A DNA stretch of 64,000 nt from Patescibacteria group bacterium (GTDB lineage: Bacteria > Patescibacteriota > Microgenomatia > UBA8517): positions 5,447-69,446 of the forward strand of contig JAOAEL010000003.1 in NCBI GenBank assembly GCA_026416845.1, read 5' to 3'. Positions 1-9,087 of the stretch are shown piece after piece. The notes under the pieces are model-generated. The model was not told the origin of the DNA. It ran no database searches and worked only from the letters and a program-made list of their open reading frames with translations. Position numbers and translations under genes: made by a program. Numbering within the stretch: position 1 is the stretch's first letter; each line of letters opens with the position of its first letter.

Positions 1-186
1 ATCGGTGCTTTTTCCATCTATTACTACAACATCAACAATCTTTGAATATTTTTTAATTTTCGACAACTGTCTAATTAATCTATTTCCTTCATTTACAACC
101 GGTATCAATAAAACATAATCTTTATTTTTTTCTTTATTGAATAAAAAAAACTCGGCCTGCAAATGATGCATTTTTCTCTAAATTAA

Positions 187-1854
187 TTAGTTAAAACCTG
201 CAAAAACCATTTCAATTTTGTCAATTGGCAAAGCAACAGCATAAGCATTAGAATAATAGCCTTGATTTTCGCTAGGATATAAAATTGCAAACTCTTCAGA
301 TCGCAATCTCAAAAAAACTTCCCCTAAATGAAAATTGCTCCACCCAAGGCTTAACAACCAAACTCTAGTGGGCAAATAATCAATCTTGGAAATTCCATAT
401 TCATAAGAAGACTTATAATGATCTTGTATGTTATGAACAAAACCCCAATCGTTACTAAAATATATTGGAACCTTTCCTAAAAAAGTAGTCTGACCAAAAT
501 CGCTTACAAAATCTTTTGTACTCAAACCTCCATTCAAATATCCAAAAAATAATCCAGTTTGACGATCACAAATAATAATATCCTTATCTTGAATATTAAT
601 ATTTAAAAAATCAAGGTAATTTTGAACCTGAGATTTTGTAACACTAAATTCCATACTTGCAATCAAATTGTCCCTATAGAAATTATTACTAATTGCAAAA
701 AACAAATTAAACAAAATCATGAAAATCAAACCGGCTGAACAAACAAATTCACTTTTTGCAGACAAAGCCCCTGCAAGCCAAATTAATAAACGCACTAAAC
801 CAAAACTCGTAATTAACATCATTGGAATGTAAATATGAATAGCATGCCTTGTCCCTGAAAAAGGATAAAGTTTATACATTGTCATAAAAACTTGCAAAAT
901 TAAAACTATTAAAAAAACCAACAACAATTTGTAATCTCTGTCCTTCAAAAAATTCCAAAAACCAAACAAAAAAGCAAATATAACAAAAATCAATATTGCT
1001 AAATGGTCAAAATTATACAAAGGAATACTAAAATAAGAAAAAATCATGATAAAAGAATTTAAAAATTCTAAAAATCTGCTAGGATAACCAGTAGCAAGCC
1101 ATTCCATTCTCGCAGATCTTTGATGTGTCGAAGACAAAGCCCATTGCGACTGCCCCTGATATAAAAAAGAAAAAGCTAGAAAAGAAATAATCAATAAACA
1201 AAATAAACCAAACGCCACCAAATAACTCTTCTTAAATTTTGAAACTGCAAAAATAGGTAAAATATAAACAACTTGAAAAGCAAAAAGCGTGATTAACATT
1301 AAATAATGACCTGTAACACTAATAAAGCCAAAAAACAAATGCAACCACAAATCTTTTGAAGCTTTGCTTTTTGAAAACCTAACTAAATAATAAATTGAAA
1401 TTTCTAAAAACAGCAAAGACAACATGTATTGCCTCAAGGACTGCGAAACTAAAATTAAACCATAACCAAAAGCTGAGAAAAAACAAAATATAATAGCAAC
1501 TTTTTTATCGAACATTTCTTTAGCTAAAAAATAAGACAAAGGTATAAGAAAAACACCCGGTATTAAGGAAACAAAGCGTAAAAATAAGTCATTGAAGTTT
1601 AAACTTAGAAGAATTTTAAGAAAAATATAAACAAGTGGAGGGTGTGTATCTACGGAATTTCTTTCTATAAAATCACCAAACGAATTAGCGCTTGCAATTG
1701 TCAACCTAATAATATCATCAGCCGAAAAATGATATTCCCATATACCCCAAAATCTGAAATAAGCGCCCAAAATAGTTAGCAAAAAAACAAGTGCCAGTTG
1801 ATTACCTAAAATTGGAAAAACTCTCAATAAAATTTTCAAAAAAAATTTTTTCAT
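187..1854 (-). CDS. GT-C superfamily membrane glycosyltransferase (PMT/ArnT-like, dolichyl/undecaprenyl-phosphate-sugar dependent)
   Basis: 555 aa, ~12 predicted TM segments throughout, large hydrophobic N-half with loop motifs typical of GT39/GT83-like enzymes. Two similar paralogs at 58499-61399. No ATG-proximal signal peptide. Confidence 0.5.
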   Translation of the reverse strand: MKKFFLKILLRVFPILGNQLALVFLLTILGAYFRFWGIWEYHFSADDIIRLTIASANSFGDFIERNSVDTHPPLVYIFLKILLSLNFNDLFLRFVSLIPGVFLIPLSYFLAKEMFDKKVAIIFCFFSAFGYGLILVSQSLRQYMLSLLFLEISIYYLVRFSKSKASKDLWLHLFFGFISVTGHYLMLITLFAFQVVYILPIFAVSKFKKSYLVAFGLFCLLIISFLAFSFLYQGQSQWALSSTHQRSARMEWLATGYPSRFLEFLNSFIMIFSYFSIPLYNFDHLAILIFVIFAFLFGFWNFLKDRDYKLLLVFLIVLILQVFMTMYKLYPFSGTRHAIHIYIPMMLITSFGLVRLLIWLAGALSAKSEFVCSAGLIFMILFNLFFAISNNFYRDNLIASMEFSVTKSQVQNYLDFLNINIQDKDIIICDRQTGLFFGYLNGGLSTKDFVSDFGQTTFLGKVPIYFSNDWGFVHNIQDHYKSSYEYGISKIDYLPTRVWLLSLGWSNFHLGEVFLRLRSEEFAILYPSENQGYYSNAYAVALPIDKIEMVFAGFN

Positions 1855-2374
1855 TTTTATTAGCTAGTAAACTTAAAACTTCATATTTATCAACCCATCT
1901 AACTTCAGATGTCTCATATCCAAAACCTTGAGGCAAATCACATTCCCATTTCATCAAATAAAAGGTAACAAATTTTAATACACGATAACCATTTTTGTCA
2001 TTAAAAGAATATTTGATAGTGCCTAACTTTTTTATTATTCTAGCTTCGATTCCAGCTTCTTCTTTCACTTCTCTGATCGCGGCTTCACGAATTTCTTCTT
2101 CTGTTGCTTTTTTAGCGCCAGATGCCAAAGGGCCAGGCATTCCATTGCCAGCATCATCTAACCAACCTTTTGGAAAACGCCAGTAGTTTTCAGGGAAAAA
2201 CGCGCTTGGTGTTGCTTTTGTAACTAACCAAAGAATACTAGAGGAATCAAATTCATTACCTGTTTTGTAAACTATTCCACCAGCAGAAAATTCTCTTCTA
2301 AATTTCTTCTTGAAACTCTTCTTCAATTTCATCTTTTGGAAATTCCTCTTCTTCGTCAAAATTATAATTCGCAT
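1802..2374 (-). CDS. NUDIX hydrolase
   Basis: Nudix box visible: GGIV...REVKEEAGI (GX5EX7REUXEEXGU pattern). 5' end overlaps the upstream ORF by 77 bp, so the true start may be an internal Met (MKLKK.. at ~2332). Confidence 0.6.
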   Translation of the reverse strand: MRIIILTKKRNFQKMKLKKSFKKKFRREFSAGGIVYKTGNEFDSSSILWLVTKATPSAFFPENYWRFPKGWLDDAGNGMPGPLASGAKKATEEEIREAAIREVKEEAGIEARIIKKLGTIKYSFNDKNGYRVLKFVTFYLMKWECDLPQGFGYETSEVRWVDKYEVLSLLANKNEKIFFENFIESFSNFR

Positions 2375-2798
2375 TTTGCTTTTTCCATACCTTAAAAGTG
2401 TCTCTCGCGTTTTTTAACATTGACAAATCATTTTTATTGTTCAATTTTTTCAAAGCTTTTGCGTAATCACACCAAGAAGATTCAAAAAAGCCAACTGCTT
2501 CTTTGCCTACATGTTTGGCAAGCAACAAATAATAAATAACTTTTTTAGGAATAGTTTTGCCATTTAAATTTGTAAATGTGTCTAACCTTCCAACTTCTTC
2601 TAAAACCTTAGCATTTATATTTGCCTGTTGACTAATAATACGCAATGCAGCCCTAACTGAAGACTCCCCTTTTCTAACAAGCACATGTGGAAATTCCCAA
2701 TTACTGTTTTCAAGAGTTTTTACTAAAAACCAAAGCAATTTATTATTCTCTTCCTTGCAAACTATTGTAACTGTTTCCAAAACTAAGTTTTTATTCAT
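2298..2798 (-). CDS. NUDIX-like protein (degenerate Nudix box), trimmed to internal Met start
   Basis: ORF-track ORF 2298..2894 runs into tRNA-Arg (2868-2939). Internal Met (MNKNLVLETV) at 2798 is the plausible start. WEFPHVLVRKGESSVRAALRIISQQ resembles a Nudix fold but lacks the EE of the REUXEE motif. Acidic C-terminus (EEEEFPKDEIEEEFQEEI). Confidence 0.35.
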   Translation of the reverse strand: MNKNLVLETVTIVCKEENNKLLWFLVKTLENSNWEFPHVLVRKGESSVRAALRIISQQANINAKVLEEVGRLDTFTNLNGKTIPKKVIYYLLLAKHVGKEAVGFFESSWCDYAKALKKLNNKNDLSMLKNARDTFKVWKKQNANYNFDEEEEFPKDEIEEEFQEEI

Positions 2799-2867
2799 TG
2801 ACACTTCAATGTTATTATACAACAAATTTAAATTACCAACAAAACGAATATCACAAATTAAAAACTG

Positions 2868-2939
2868 AGCGCTCGGGCAGAATCGAACTGCCATTAATAG
2901 TTCCGGAAACTATTGCTTTATCCATTAAGCTACGAGCGC
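2868..2939 (-). tRNA. tRNA-Arg (anticodon CCG)
   Basis: Reverse complement folds as a cloverleaf: acceptor GCGCTCG/CGAGCGC, anticodon stem ATAGT/ACTAT, loop TTCCGGA giving anticodon CCG, T-arm GGCAGTTCGATTCTGCC. No encoded CCA. Confidence 0.8.
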
Positions 2940-3002
2940 TTAATAATTTCCAAAATAAATAAAGTTCAACATTGCAAAATTAAAACTTACACAAAAAAGA
3001 TC

Positions 3003-3476
3003 TTACCGTTGCAATGCAAGAAGGTCAAAAAAAACATCTTTTGGATGGCTCCGAGGATCTACATTCTCATAAATTTTAACAATTCTTCCTTGAGGATCAA
3101 TTAAAAAAGACTTGCGAGCAACACTCTCATATTCTTTACCTATGAATTTTTCCTTTTGCCAAACACCATAAATTTTAACTACATTTTTTTCAAAATCTGA
3201 AAGAAGTGTAAAAGGCAATTTATATTTTTCTTTAAATTTTCTATGACTTTCAATAGAATCGGTGCTAACACCTAAAATAACCGTATTAATCTTCTCAAAG
3301 TCAGGAAAAACATCACGCAAACCACAAGCTTCCTTTGTGCATCCGGGAGTATCATCCTTTGGATAAAAATACAACAAAACCCAACGTCCTTTGTAATCTG
3401 ACAATTCGTGCTTTTTCCCAGCGTCATCAAGAAGGGCAAAATTAGGAGCAACAGAATTTATTTTTAACAAAGACAT
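3003..3476 (-). CDS. bcp: Peroxiredoxin, Bcp/thiol peroxidase type
   Basis: DDTPGCTKEACGLRD peroxidatic-Cys motif (TPGCT) with resolving Cys 5 residues on. 157 aa, AhpC/TSA fold pattern. Confidence 0.8.
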   Translation of the reverse strand: MSLLKINSVAPNFALLDDAGKKHELSDYKGRWVLLYFYPKDDTPGCTKEACGLRDVFPDFEKINTVILGVSTDSIESHRKFKEKYKLPFTLLSDFEKNVVKIYGVWQKEKFIGKEYESVARKSFLIDPQGRIVKIYENVDPRSHPKDVFFDLLALQR

Positions 3477-3481
3477 AAAAT

Positions 3482-4000
3482 TTATTTAATATGTTCAATT
3501 AACTTATCAAACATTTCATCAATTTTTTTGTCCCACTTCATATCTTTGATTTGACCAATATCATCAAAAAGCTGATCAACATTAGAAAAATAAACACTTG
3601 CCCCCAAAACTGTCATCTGCAAAGCGTTCAAAACAAGCTTAAGCTGTTCGACCATTCTAGCTCCACCAAAAATGCCACTAGATACACCACAAATAGCAAC
3701 AACTTTCCCGGCATAAGCCTCATATTCACTATCAAGAAGCATTTTAAGCTCTCCAGGATACCCATGATTATATTCTGGAGAGATTATTACAATAGCATCT
3801 GATATTGAAACAATTGACTTCCATTTGGTTAACTTGTTTTTGGGCAAACCAAAAGTTTTACTTTGCAAAAAATCCATAACATCAACTGCCAATGGTTCAA
3901 AGTCGGAACGCTTTCGAGCCAAAGACAAAACATAATCAAAAACTTTTTTACTGGCCCTACCTTTTCTAGCGGTGCCTAGAATAAACAAAATTTTCTTCAT
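3482..4000 (-). CDS. NADPH-dependent FMN reductase family flavoprotein
   Basis: MKKILFILGTARKGRASKKV... N-terminal flavodoxin-like motif of the NAD(P)H-dependent FMN reductase family. 172 aa. Confidence 0.65.
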   Translation of the reverse strand: MKKILFILGTARKGRASKKVFDYVLSLARKRSDFEPLAVDVMDFLQSKTFGLPKNKLTKWKSIVSISDAIVIISPEYNHGYPGELKMLLDSEYEAYAGKVVAICGVSSGIFGGARMVEQLKLVLNALQMTVLGASVYFSNVDQLFDDIGQIKDMKWDKKIDEMFDKLIEHIK

Positions 4001-4736
4001 AAATCACAAAAACAACCGATTTTACTCACAAAGCTAACAAGCATAACTATTCAATTATATTTACAATTTTTATTAATAAATTTTAATTAAAATTACCAAA
4101 AAACAAATTAAAAAACAAATTGCCAGCTAACTTCAAAAAATATTTCTAGCAATAAAGCAATTTTTTAGATAACGGAACTTGTTTTGTAAAAATAACATTA
4201 TTAAAAAATTAGCAAAAAATAAATTTTTTAAATCTTACAACCGTTATTGGTGCAAAACAACACTTATCAGCTTGTAGTATTTAAAAAAACCGAATCAATT
4301 TGATCAACAAAACCGGCAACAATCTAAACCTCTTCAATATTTTAGCTTTCCAAGCTACCCTGAAAAGCAAGCAAAAAAAGAACAACTTTAATCTGCTTAT
4401 TAATTACAACCAACAAAATTTCATAGATTTTTCCAAATTCTGTCCCAGATTTATCTTTAATATAAAATTAAGCTAGAAATTAAAAATAAAAACTGTAACC
4501 AGTGATTAAAGTAAATTCAGGTTTCTTTGAATTGGACAACGCATTTTTGCCTATCTTTTTACAAAAGTTTATACAATTTGATTTGTGATCGATTCAACGA
4601 TCGGAACAGCATGGGAAATTGCAAAATTGTCTGTAGACATGTGTGTCAGAAACAGGAATTTTGAAGGTATCTAAAGGAAGCCTGCAATCTTATACATTCA
4701 CGCGGGGTAAGTTTTCTCTAGTTTTTTTATGCAAAA

Positions 4737-5379
4737 TTAGAATTTGACGTCAGTCTTTATAATATCTGGCAAATAAGGTTCGTGAATAGCTGTTGAGATT
4801 TGCCAAGCCAAAACCAAAACATTACCTTTTGCTTTGTGTTTTTTAGTATATGCACGCAGATATCTCCAAGTGAGGTTTGTCAGTGTATATTTTTCTGGAA
4901 CATCTTTTTCCAATATATCTTTGATGGCCAGTTTTTTATCGTGTATTTCGGGAAAAGAAAAACTTAAATTTCTATCTCTGAAACCAACTATAAAAATTTT
5001 TCTTTGTGTTGTGGAATAATAACCTTTGCACTTATATGATAAAAAATATACCAAACCTTCCAAGGTCTCTTTTATTACAGAAAAAGTTATGCCATTATCC
5101 TGTCTTTCAAGATTCTCTACGTTTTCCGAGAAAAAGTCTTTGTTTTTTTTCTCTCTGATTATTCCTACTATTTCGTAAAATAAAGTTCCTTGCGCTTGGT
5201 CTGCAAAACCGTTCGGTCTGTCAAGACTATTCTTTTTTGATATGCCGGAAATAGAAAAAGATTAACAAGTGAACCTAACAAAATATCAAGTTCAGAAATT
5301 TCAGACGTAGAACTTTTTCTAATATCTCCTAGCAAAAAACCACCTCCCCCAAAGCCAATAAATCTTGAGATATACTCAT
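4737..5379 (-). pseudogene. Decayed DNA (cytosine-5)-methyltransferase (Dcm family): frameshifted and internally deleted
   Basis: On the minus strand three different frames carry consecutive C5-MTase pieces. (1) MSISQDLLALGEVVFC* and GFGGGGFLLGDI..ELDILLGS, which is motif I (FxGxGG) followed by a DI..GG region whose PCQ motif is lost. (2) RPNGFADQAQGTLFYEIVGIIREKKNKDFFSENVENLERQDNGITFSVIKETLEGL, which is motifs IV-VI (ENV motif intact). (3) The ORF-track ORF 4737-5063 with GYYSTTQRKIFIVGFR (motif VIII QxRxR) and the LKDILE..EKYTLT start of the target-recognition domain. The spacing between motif I and motif IV is far too short. Confidence 0.6.
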
Positions 5380-5454
5380 TAGAAACAAATTAACATTATA
5401 CAGATCATTAAGCGTTTTTTTAAACACACCTTTAATAAAACCTATGCAGAAAAT

Positions 5455-5985
5455 TTAGTTCAACAGTAATTCAACTAATATCTTTTCATCTAACTTTCTT
5501 ACTTTATCTACAACTTCATTATCCCAATTTCCACCATAACTTGCCCTTCCTCTTTCTCCTTCCCATTTCTTAAAAAATTCAAGTGGGTTTTTAGGTGTAA
5601 AATTACCATTCTCAAAGTTGAAAAATACCCAACCTATATTTTCAAAAAGTCTTTTTTCTATTTCGTGATACGGAAGGCCGCCATCTTTTGTGAAAGGTAT
5701 TGCATAGACAACACCTATACCTGCATTATTCAAAAATTCAGCAATTGCATGAAAGGGACGGTAGGAGTTGCCGAGAAATTTTTTGTAATCGGCGGATTTT
5801 ATTTCTTTTTCGGTGATAACAGATTGGTGAATGAAAAAAGAAAATCTGAATTTATAAAAATCAAGACTTTTGGATGCAAGCAGCCAGCAACCCGGTAAAA
5901 ATTTATCTCTACCATTTCTTCCGAATAAACCATTTCTTCCGAATAAATCTTTCCCGATTTCCTTCAAAAGTATTGACTGAACCAA
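5455..5985 (-). CDS. Hypothetical protein; positional candidate for the (probably inactive) nuclease partner of the decayed RM system
   Basis: 176 aa, no recognisable family. It lies collinear between the C-protein-like HTH fragment and the Dcm pseudogene. Contains an in-frame 18-bp tandem duplication (LFGRNG x2) at 5923-5958. Confidence 0.2.
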   Translation of the reverse strand: MVQSILLKEIGKDLFGRNGLFGRNGRDKFLPGCWLLASKSLDFYKFRFSFFIHQSVITEKEIKSADYKKFLGNSYRPFHAIAEFLNNAGIGVVYAIPFTKDGGLPYHEIEKRLFENIGWVFFNFENGNFTPKNPLEFFKKWEGERGRASYGGNWDNEVVDKVRKLDEKILVELLLN

Positions 5986-6054
5986 TAAACATTTAGCCTT
6001 ATTTCTTGGTTAAAATCCTGAAGAATTTTTACAATTTTGTTATTATCCATAATT

Positions 6055-6199
6055 CTACTTTATTAATTCATCAATTTTAATCCCAAGCCCATTTGCGATT
6101 TTTGCAACTGTATGAATTGAGGGTTTGGTTATAACATTGCTTTCAATTTTGGTTAGTGTCGTATAGGGGAGATCGGATTTTCTCGCCAATTTGTCCTGA
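6055..6199 (-). pseudogene. Truncated XRE-family HTH protein (controller/C-protein-like), N-terminus missing
   Basis: Minus-strand translation LDQDKLARKSDLPYTTLTKIESNVITKPSIHTVAKIANGLGIKIDELIK* matches helix 2 to helix 5 of XRE/Cro-type HTH domains (LSQEELAxKSGVSxSTISxIExG...P.L.TL.KIAKALGV..DEL). An in-frame TAG lies immediately upstream with no Met, so the first helix is lost. Confidence 0.45.
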
Positions 6200-6480
6200 T
6201 CTAATCCCTACTTATTTCTAATTTTTAAACTGTTTTATCTTATTTTCATTAATGGTTTCATTTAATTATTGTTTTGACTTTTTATAGTTCAAAGCATGAT
6301 AGTACTAGTATAAATGCTTATCAAAAACACTAAAAGATTTTACAAGTTTCATAAAAAATGGGCAAAACTGGATCCTGATCTTCCGTTTCGCGAAACAAAG
6401 GCAAAAAACTCAATTTTGCACCTAAAATCGGCTGAAAATTTATCACGAATGGCGAACTCAATTTCATTTCTTCTAACTTG

Positions 6481-6566
6481 CGGAGGTGGCGGGATTCGAA
6501 CCCGCGGGACTCTATTCGAGTCGAGGTTTAGCAAACCTCTGCCATAGGCCTCTAGGCGACACCTCC
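6481..6566 (-). tRNA. tRNA-Ser (anticodon GCU), class II with long variable arm
   Basis: Reverse complement GGAGGTGTCGCCTAGAGGCCTATGGCAGAGGTTTGCTAAACCTCGACTCGAATAGAGTCCCGCGGGTTCGAATCCCGCCACCTCCG. Acceptor GGAGGTG/CACCTCC, anticodon loop TTGCTAA, variable arm GACTCGAATAGAGTC, T-arm CGCGGGTTCGAATCCCGCC. Confidence 0.85.
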
Positions 6567-6643
6567 AATAACTTTTAACTAAAAACTGCTAAAACTAAGA
6601 CATTATATCAAAACTACTTGTAACATAACCTACAAAATGTATA

Positions 6644-7249
6644 ATGGTAACTATGCCATCCCAAGAAAAAACAAATTCTTCTACAAATGAAAAAGACAGT
6701 GAACCAATTAAAAAAAATAAATCTGAAGAAGTAGAAATTTTTTCTTGGGAAGGACCCAATATACCAGTTGTTAAGTACAATAAAGAGTTTTGGCTTTCAG
6801 CGGTAGTTATAGGAGGAATAATAAGTTTAATACTTTATATAACTGAAGGAATAATACCCGTAATATTAATTATTGCCTTAGGCTTTTTCTATTTCGTTCT
6901 TTCTTCAGTAAAACCTGAAACATTAAAATTTTCAATCACTAACAAAGGTATCAAAATTCAAGAGAATTTAATTGAGTGGAATTATTTGTACAGATATTGG
7001 TTTTCATATTGGATGGGAAACACAATACTTGTATTTCAAACATCTAGGTTTGGCGGTAGATTAGAAATTGTTATAAACAAAGATGATAAAAATAAAATAA
7101 GACAAGCACTTAGTGATTATGTTTATGAAGAACAAAATACACCAAGCAACATAGATAAACTTGCAACCTGGTTTTCCGAAAACATCGATCGAAAAAAAGC
7201 AAAATTACAACAAAACAACCAAGAATTAGCAAATAAAGCAAATAAATAG
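6644..7249 (+). CDS. Membrane protein with bacterial PH-like (YdbT/bPH_2-type) domain
   Basis: Hydrophilic N-term, two adjacent TM helices (WLSAVVIGGIISLILYI / IPVILIIALGFFYFVL). The following ~100-aa segment LKFSITNKGIKIQEN...TILVFQTSRFGGRLEIVINKDDKNKIRQAL has the beta-rich 'membrane-flanked' pattern of PF03703-type domains. Confidence 0.35.
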   Translation: MVTMPSQEKTNSSTNEKDSEPIKKNKSEEVEIFSWEGPNIPVVKYNKEFWLSAVVIGGIISLILYITEGIIPVILIIALGFFYFVLSSVKPETLKFSITNKGIKIQENLIEWNYLYRYWFSYWMGNTILVFQTSRFGGRLEIVINKDDKNKIRQALSDYVYEEQNTPSNIDKLATWFSENIDRKKAKLQQNNQELANKANK

Positions 7250-7466
7250 TACACTTTAATTCTAATCCTTTTCAAACTTATTAAACACAAAATTAAAAAA
7301 ACGATAAATTCTTACTAAATGTTATTTTAATTTGATAAGCTTACCAGTTAACAAATTTATTTCGCTTTAATATTAGTTATAGCGTACTTGCAATAATAAA
7401 TAGGCAACAATAAGGTTGTACTATAAGATAAGCATCGTTCCTAAACAAATATAAACCAAAGACGGT

Positions 7467-9080
7467 TTAAGCAACTTCAATACCTCTTTGTTGCAAAAAA
7501 TATTCAAGTTCGAGCAAATTTGTAATATAACGAAGATTGTTGTCCTCTAAATATCTTCCTTCCCTATCCTCTTTTAAATCATTGATTATCCTGTCTCTGA
7601 ATATATAACCTTTCTCGCCAAGAAGGGAGTTTTCAAGTAAATTGAGGATAAAATCCTTTTTGTCAGTTAAAAATCTGCCGTAATGTTCTTCTGTGCCTAC
7701 CTTTTCTTTGAATTGCGAATCCACAAAAATATCTCTTCTTCTTTTCAGCAAATCTCGCTTTGAAACATCCTTAATAGTATCAAAAGGAACCATGCTTGTA
7801 ACCTCTATCACCCGTGTGTCTACAAAAGGAGAAATTGGCCACACATTCGCCTCCCAAACAAAGGGGAACATTATGACCGAAAGGTAAGTAGCTGATTGGG
7901 GTATTACTGAGGCGTACGGAACCTTTTTTCTGAATCTTCCTCGATCGAGAAGAATACCTAGTGCTTTGTCTGTAAGCATACCCCCCACACCCTCTTGTGC
8001 CATAGATTGATACCTAAAGTAACTAGTATGAATCGGGAACTTAACTTTTAACCTTAATGACTTTCTTGTAGACCAGTAAGCCTCGTCACCTCCTTCGCCA
8101 TTGAAGCGAACATTAATCCCATCCTTCTTAATAAACTTAAAAAACGCATCAACCTGAGATTTTTGTATGTAACTTGGCCCTTCTTGCAAGATAAAATTCA
8201 GATCTTCTTTTGTAGAGAAAGGAAATATCTCATCGTACTCAAAAAATTTAACTTTTAACCCATGCTTTTTTGCAAAATCAAGCACAATTGCTGGATCAGT
8301 ATCACCATATGCAAATTTAGATATTTCGCTATAGCACATAAGTTCTCCTTTGTGGTTTTTGGATAGCAAATAGCATATAAGGGAACTGTCAAAACCAGAT
8401 GATATATCCGCACAAACCAAATGCTCGTTTTTTAGAGCCTTTAATCTGTCTTTAACAGATTCTTCAAGGGTAAAAATAAACCAATCGATAAATTCTTCTT
8501 TACTCTCGAACGTTTTCTTACTTTCTATGATTTTTTCATTCCTAAAAAGAGAAATAATTTCACATTTACCATTTTTAAACCTTGCTAGCATACCCGGAGG
8601 CAAAAGCCAAAGATTTTTGATGATTGTTGCCTTCCTTATCGAAGTATCACCTAATATAAACTCCAAAGCTCCCTCGATATCAAGAGATGGCTTGGCTATT
8701 GAACCAAGCACATCACGAAAAGATGTAGAAACCACAAATCCCTTACTGTTTTCGTACACATAACACGGGAATCTCCCAGTTTGGTCACTCAAAATCAAAA
8801 AATCTTTCTTCCTGGTATCAATTAAGAAAATAACAAAGTTTGCATTCAGATTTGCCACCTCGTGAAAGCCGTTATTCTCCAACAAAAGATTTGCCAACTT
8901 ATCAAGACTTATTTTGGGAAAATAAGATACAAAGTAACCTCCTAACACCATCTCTTCTCTTTTTACAAGAAACCTCTCAGGAAAGCTGTTACTAGGCAAT
9001 GTAACCTTTGACAAAAGGTAATCAATATCCTTAGTTTGCAATTCTTCCCAACTAATTTGAAAGTAAAAATGTTTTCTCAT
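7467..9080 (-). CDS. Asparagine synthetase B-like ATP-dependent amidotransferase homolog lacking the N-terminal nucleophile Cys (lasso-cyclase-like)
   Basis: C-terminal synthetase domain motifs LVCADISSGFDSSLICYLL (SGGxDS PP-loop) and NGEGGDEAYW (GEGADExFgGY). N-terminal Ntn-like domain retained in degenerate form (GNFVIFLIDTRKKDFLILSDQTGRFPCYVY...VVSTSFRDV), but the protein begins MRKHFYF with no Cys2. 537 aa. 8-bp gap to the upstream RRE-like ORF. Confidence 0.6.
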   Translation of the reverse strand: MRKHFYFQISWEELQTKDIDYLLSKVTLPSNSFPERFLVKREEMVLGGYFVSYFPKISLDKLANLLLENNGFHEVANLNANFVIFLIDTRKKDFLILSDQTGRFPCYVYENSKGFVVSTSFRDVLGSIAKPSLDIEGALEFILGDTSIRKATIIKNLWLLPPGMLARFKNGKCEIISLFRNEKIIESKKTFESKEEFIDWFIFTLEESVKDRLKALKNEHLVCADISSGFDSSLICYLLSKNHKGELMCYSEISKFAYGDTDPAIVLDFAKKHGLKVKFFEYDEIFPFSTKEDLNFILQEGPSYIQKSQVDAFFKFIKKDGINVRFNGEGGDEAYWSTRKSLRLKVKFPIHTSYFRYQSMAQEGVGGMLTDKALGILLDRGRFRKKVPYASVIPQSATYLSVIMFPFVWEANVWPISPFVDTRVIEVTSMVPFDTIKDVSKRDLLKRRRDIFVDSQFKEKVGTEEHYGRFLTDKKDFILNLLENSLLGEKGYIFRDRIINDLKEDREGRYLEDNNLRYITNLLELEYFLQQRGIEVA

Positions 9081-9087
9081 CTTTCAG

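Noticed and set aside
2298-2894. Full-length ORF-track call of the upstream NUDIX-like gene
   Set aside because: Its first 32 codons overlap tRNA-Arg (2868-2939). It was trimmed to the internal Met start at 2798.
4001-4736. Search for a further tRNA or an att direct repeat in the AT-rich non-coding stretch
   Set aside because: No cloverleaf-compatible segment and no convincing copy of the tRNA-Ser 3' end could be found by eye. This requires computational confirmation.
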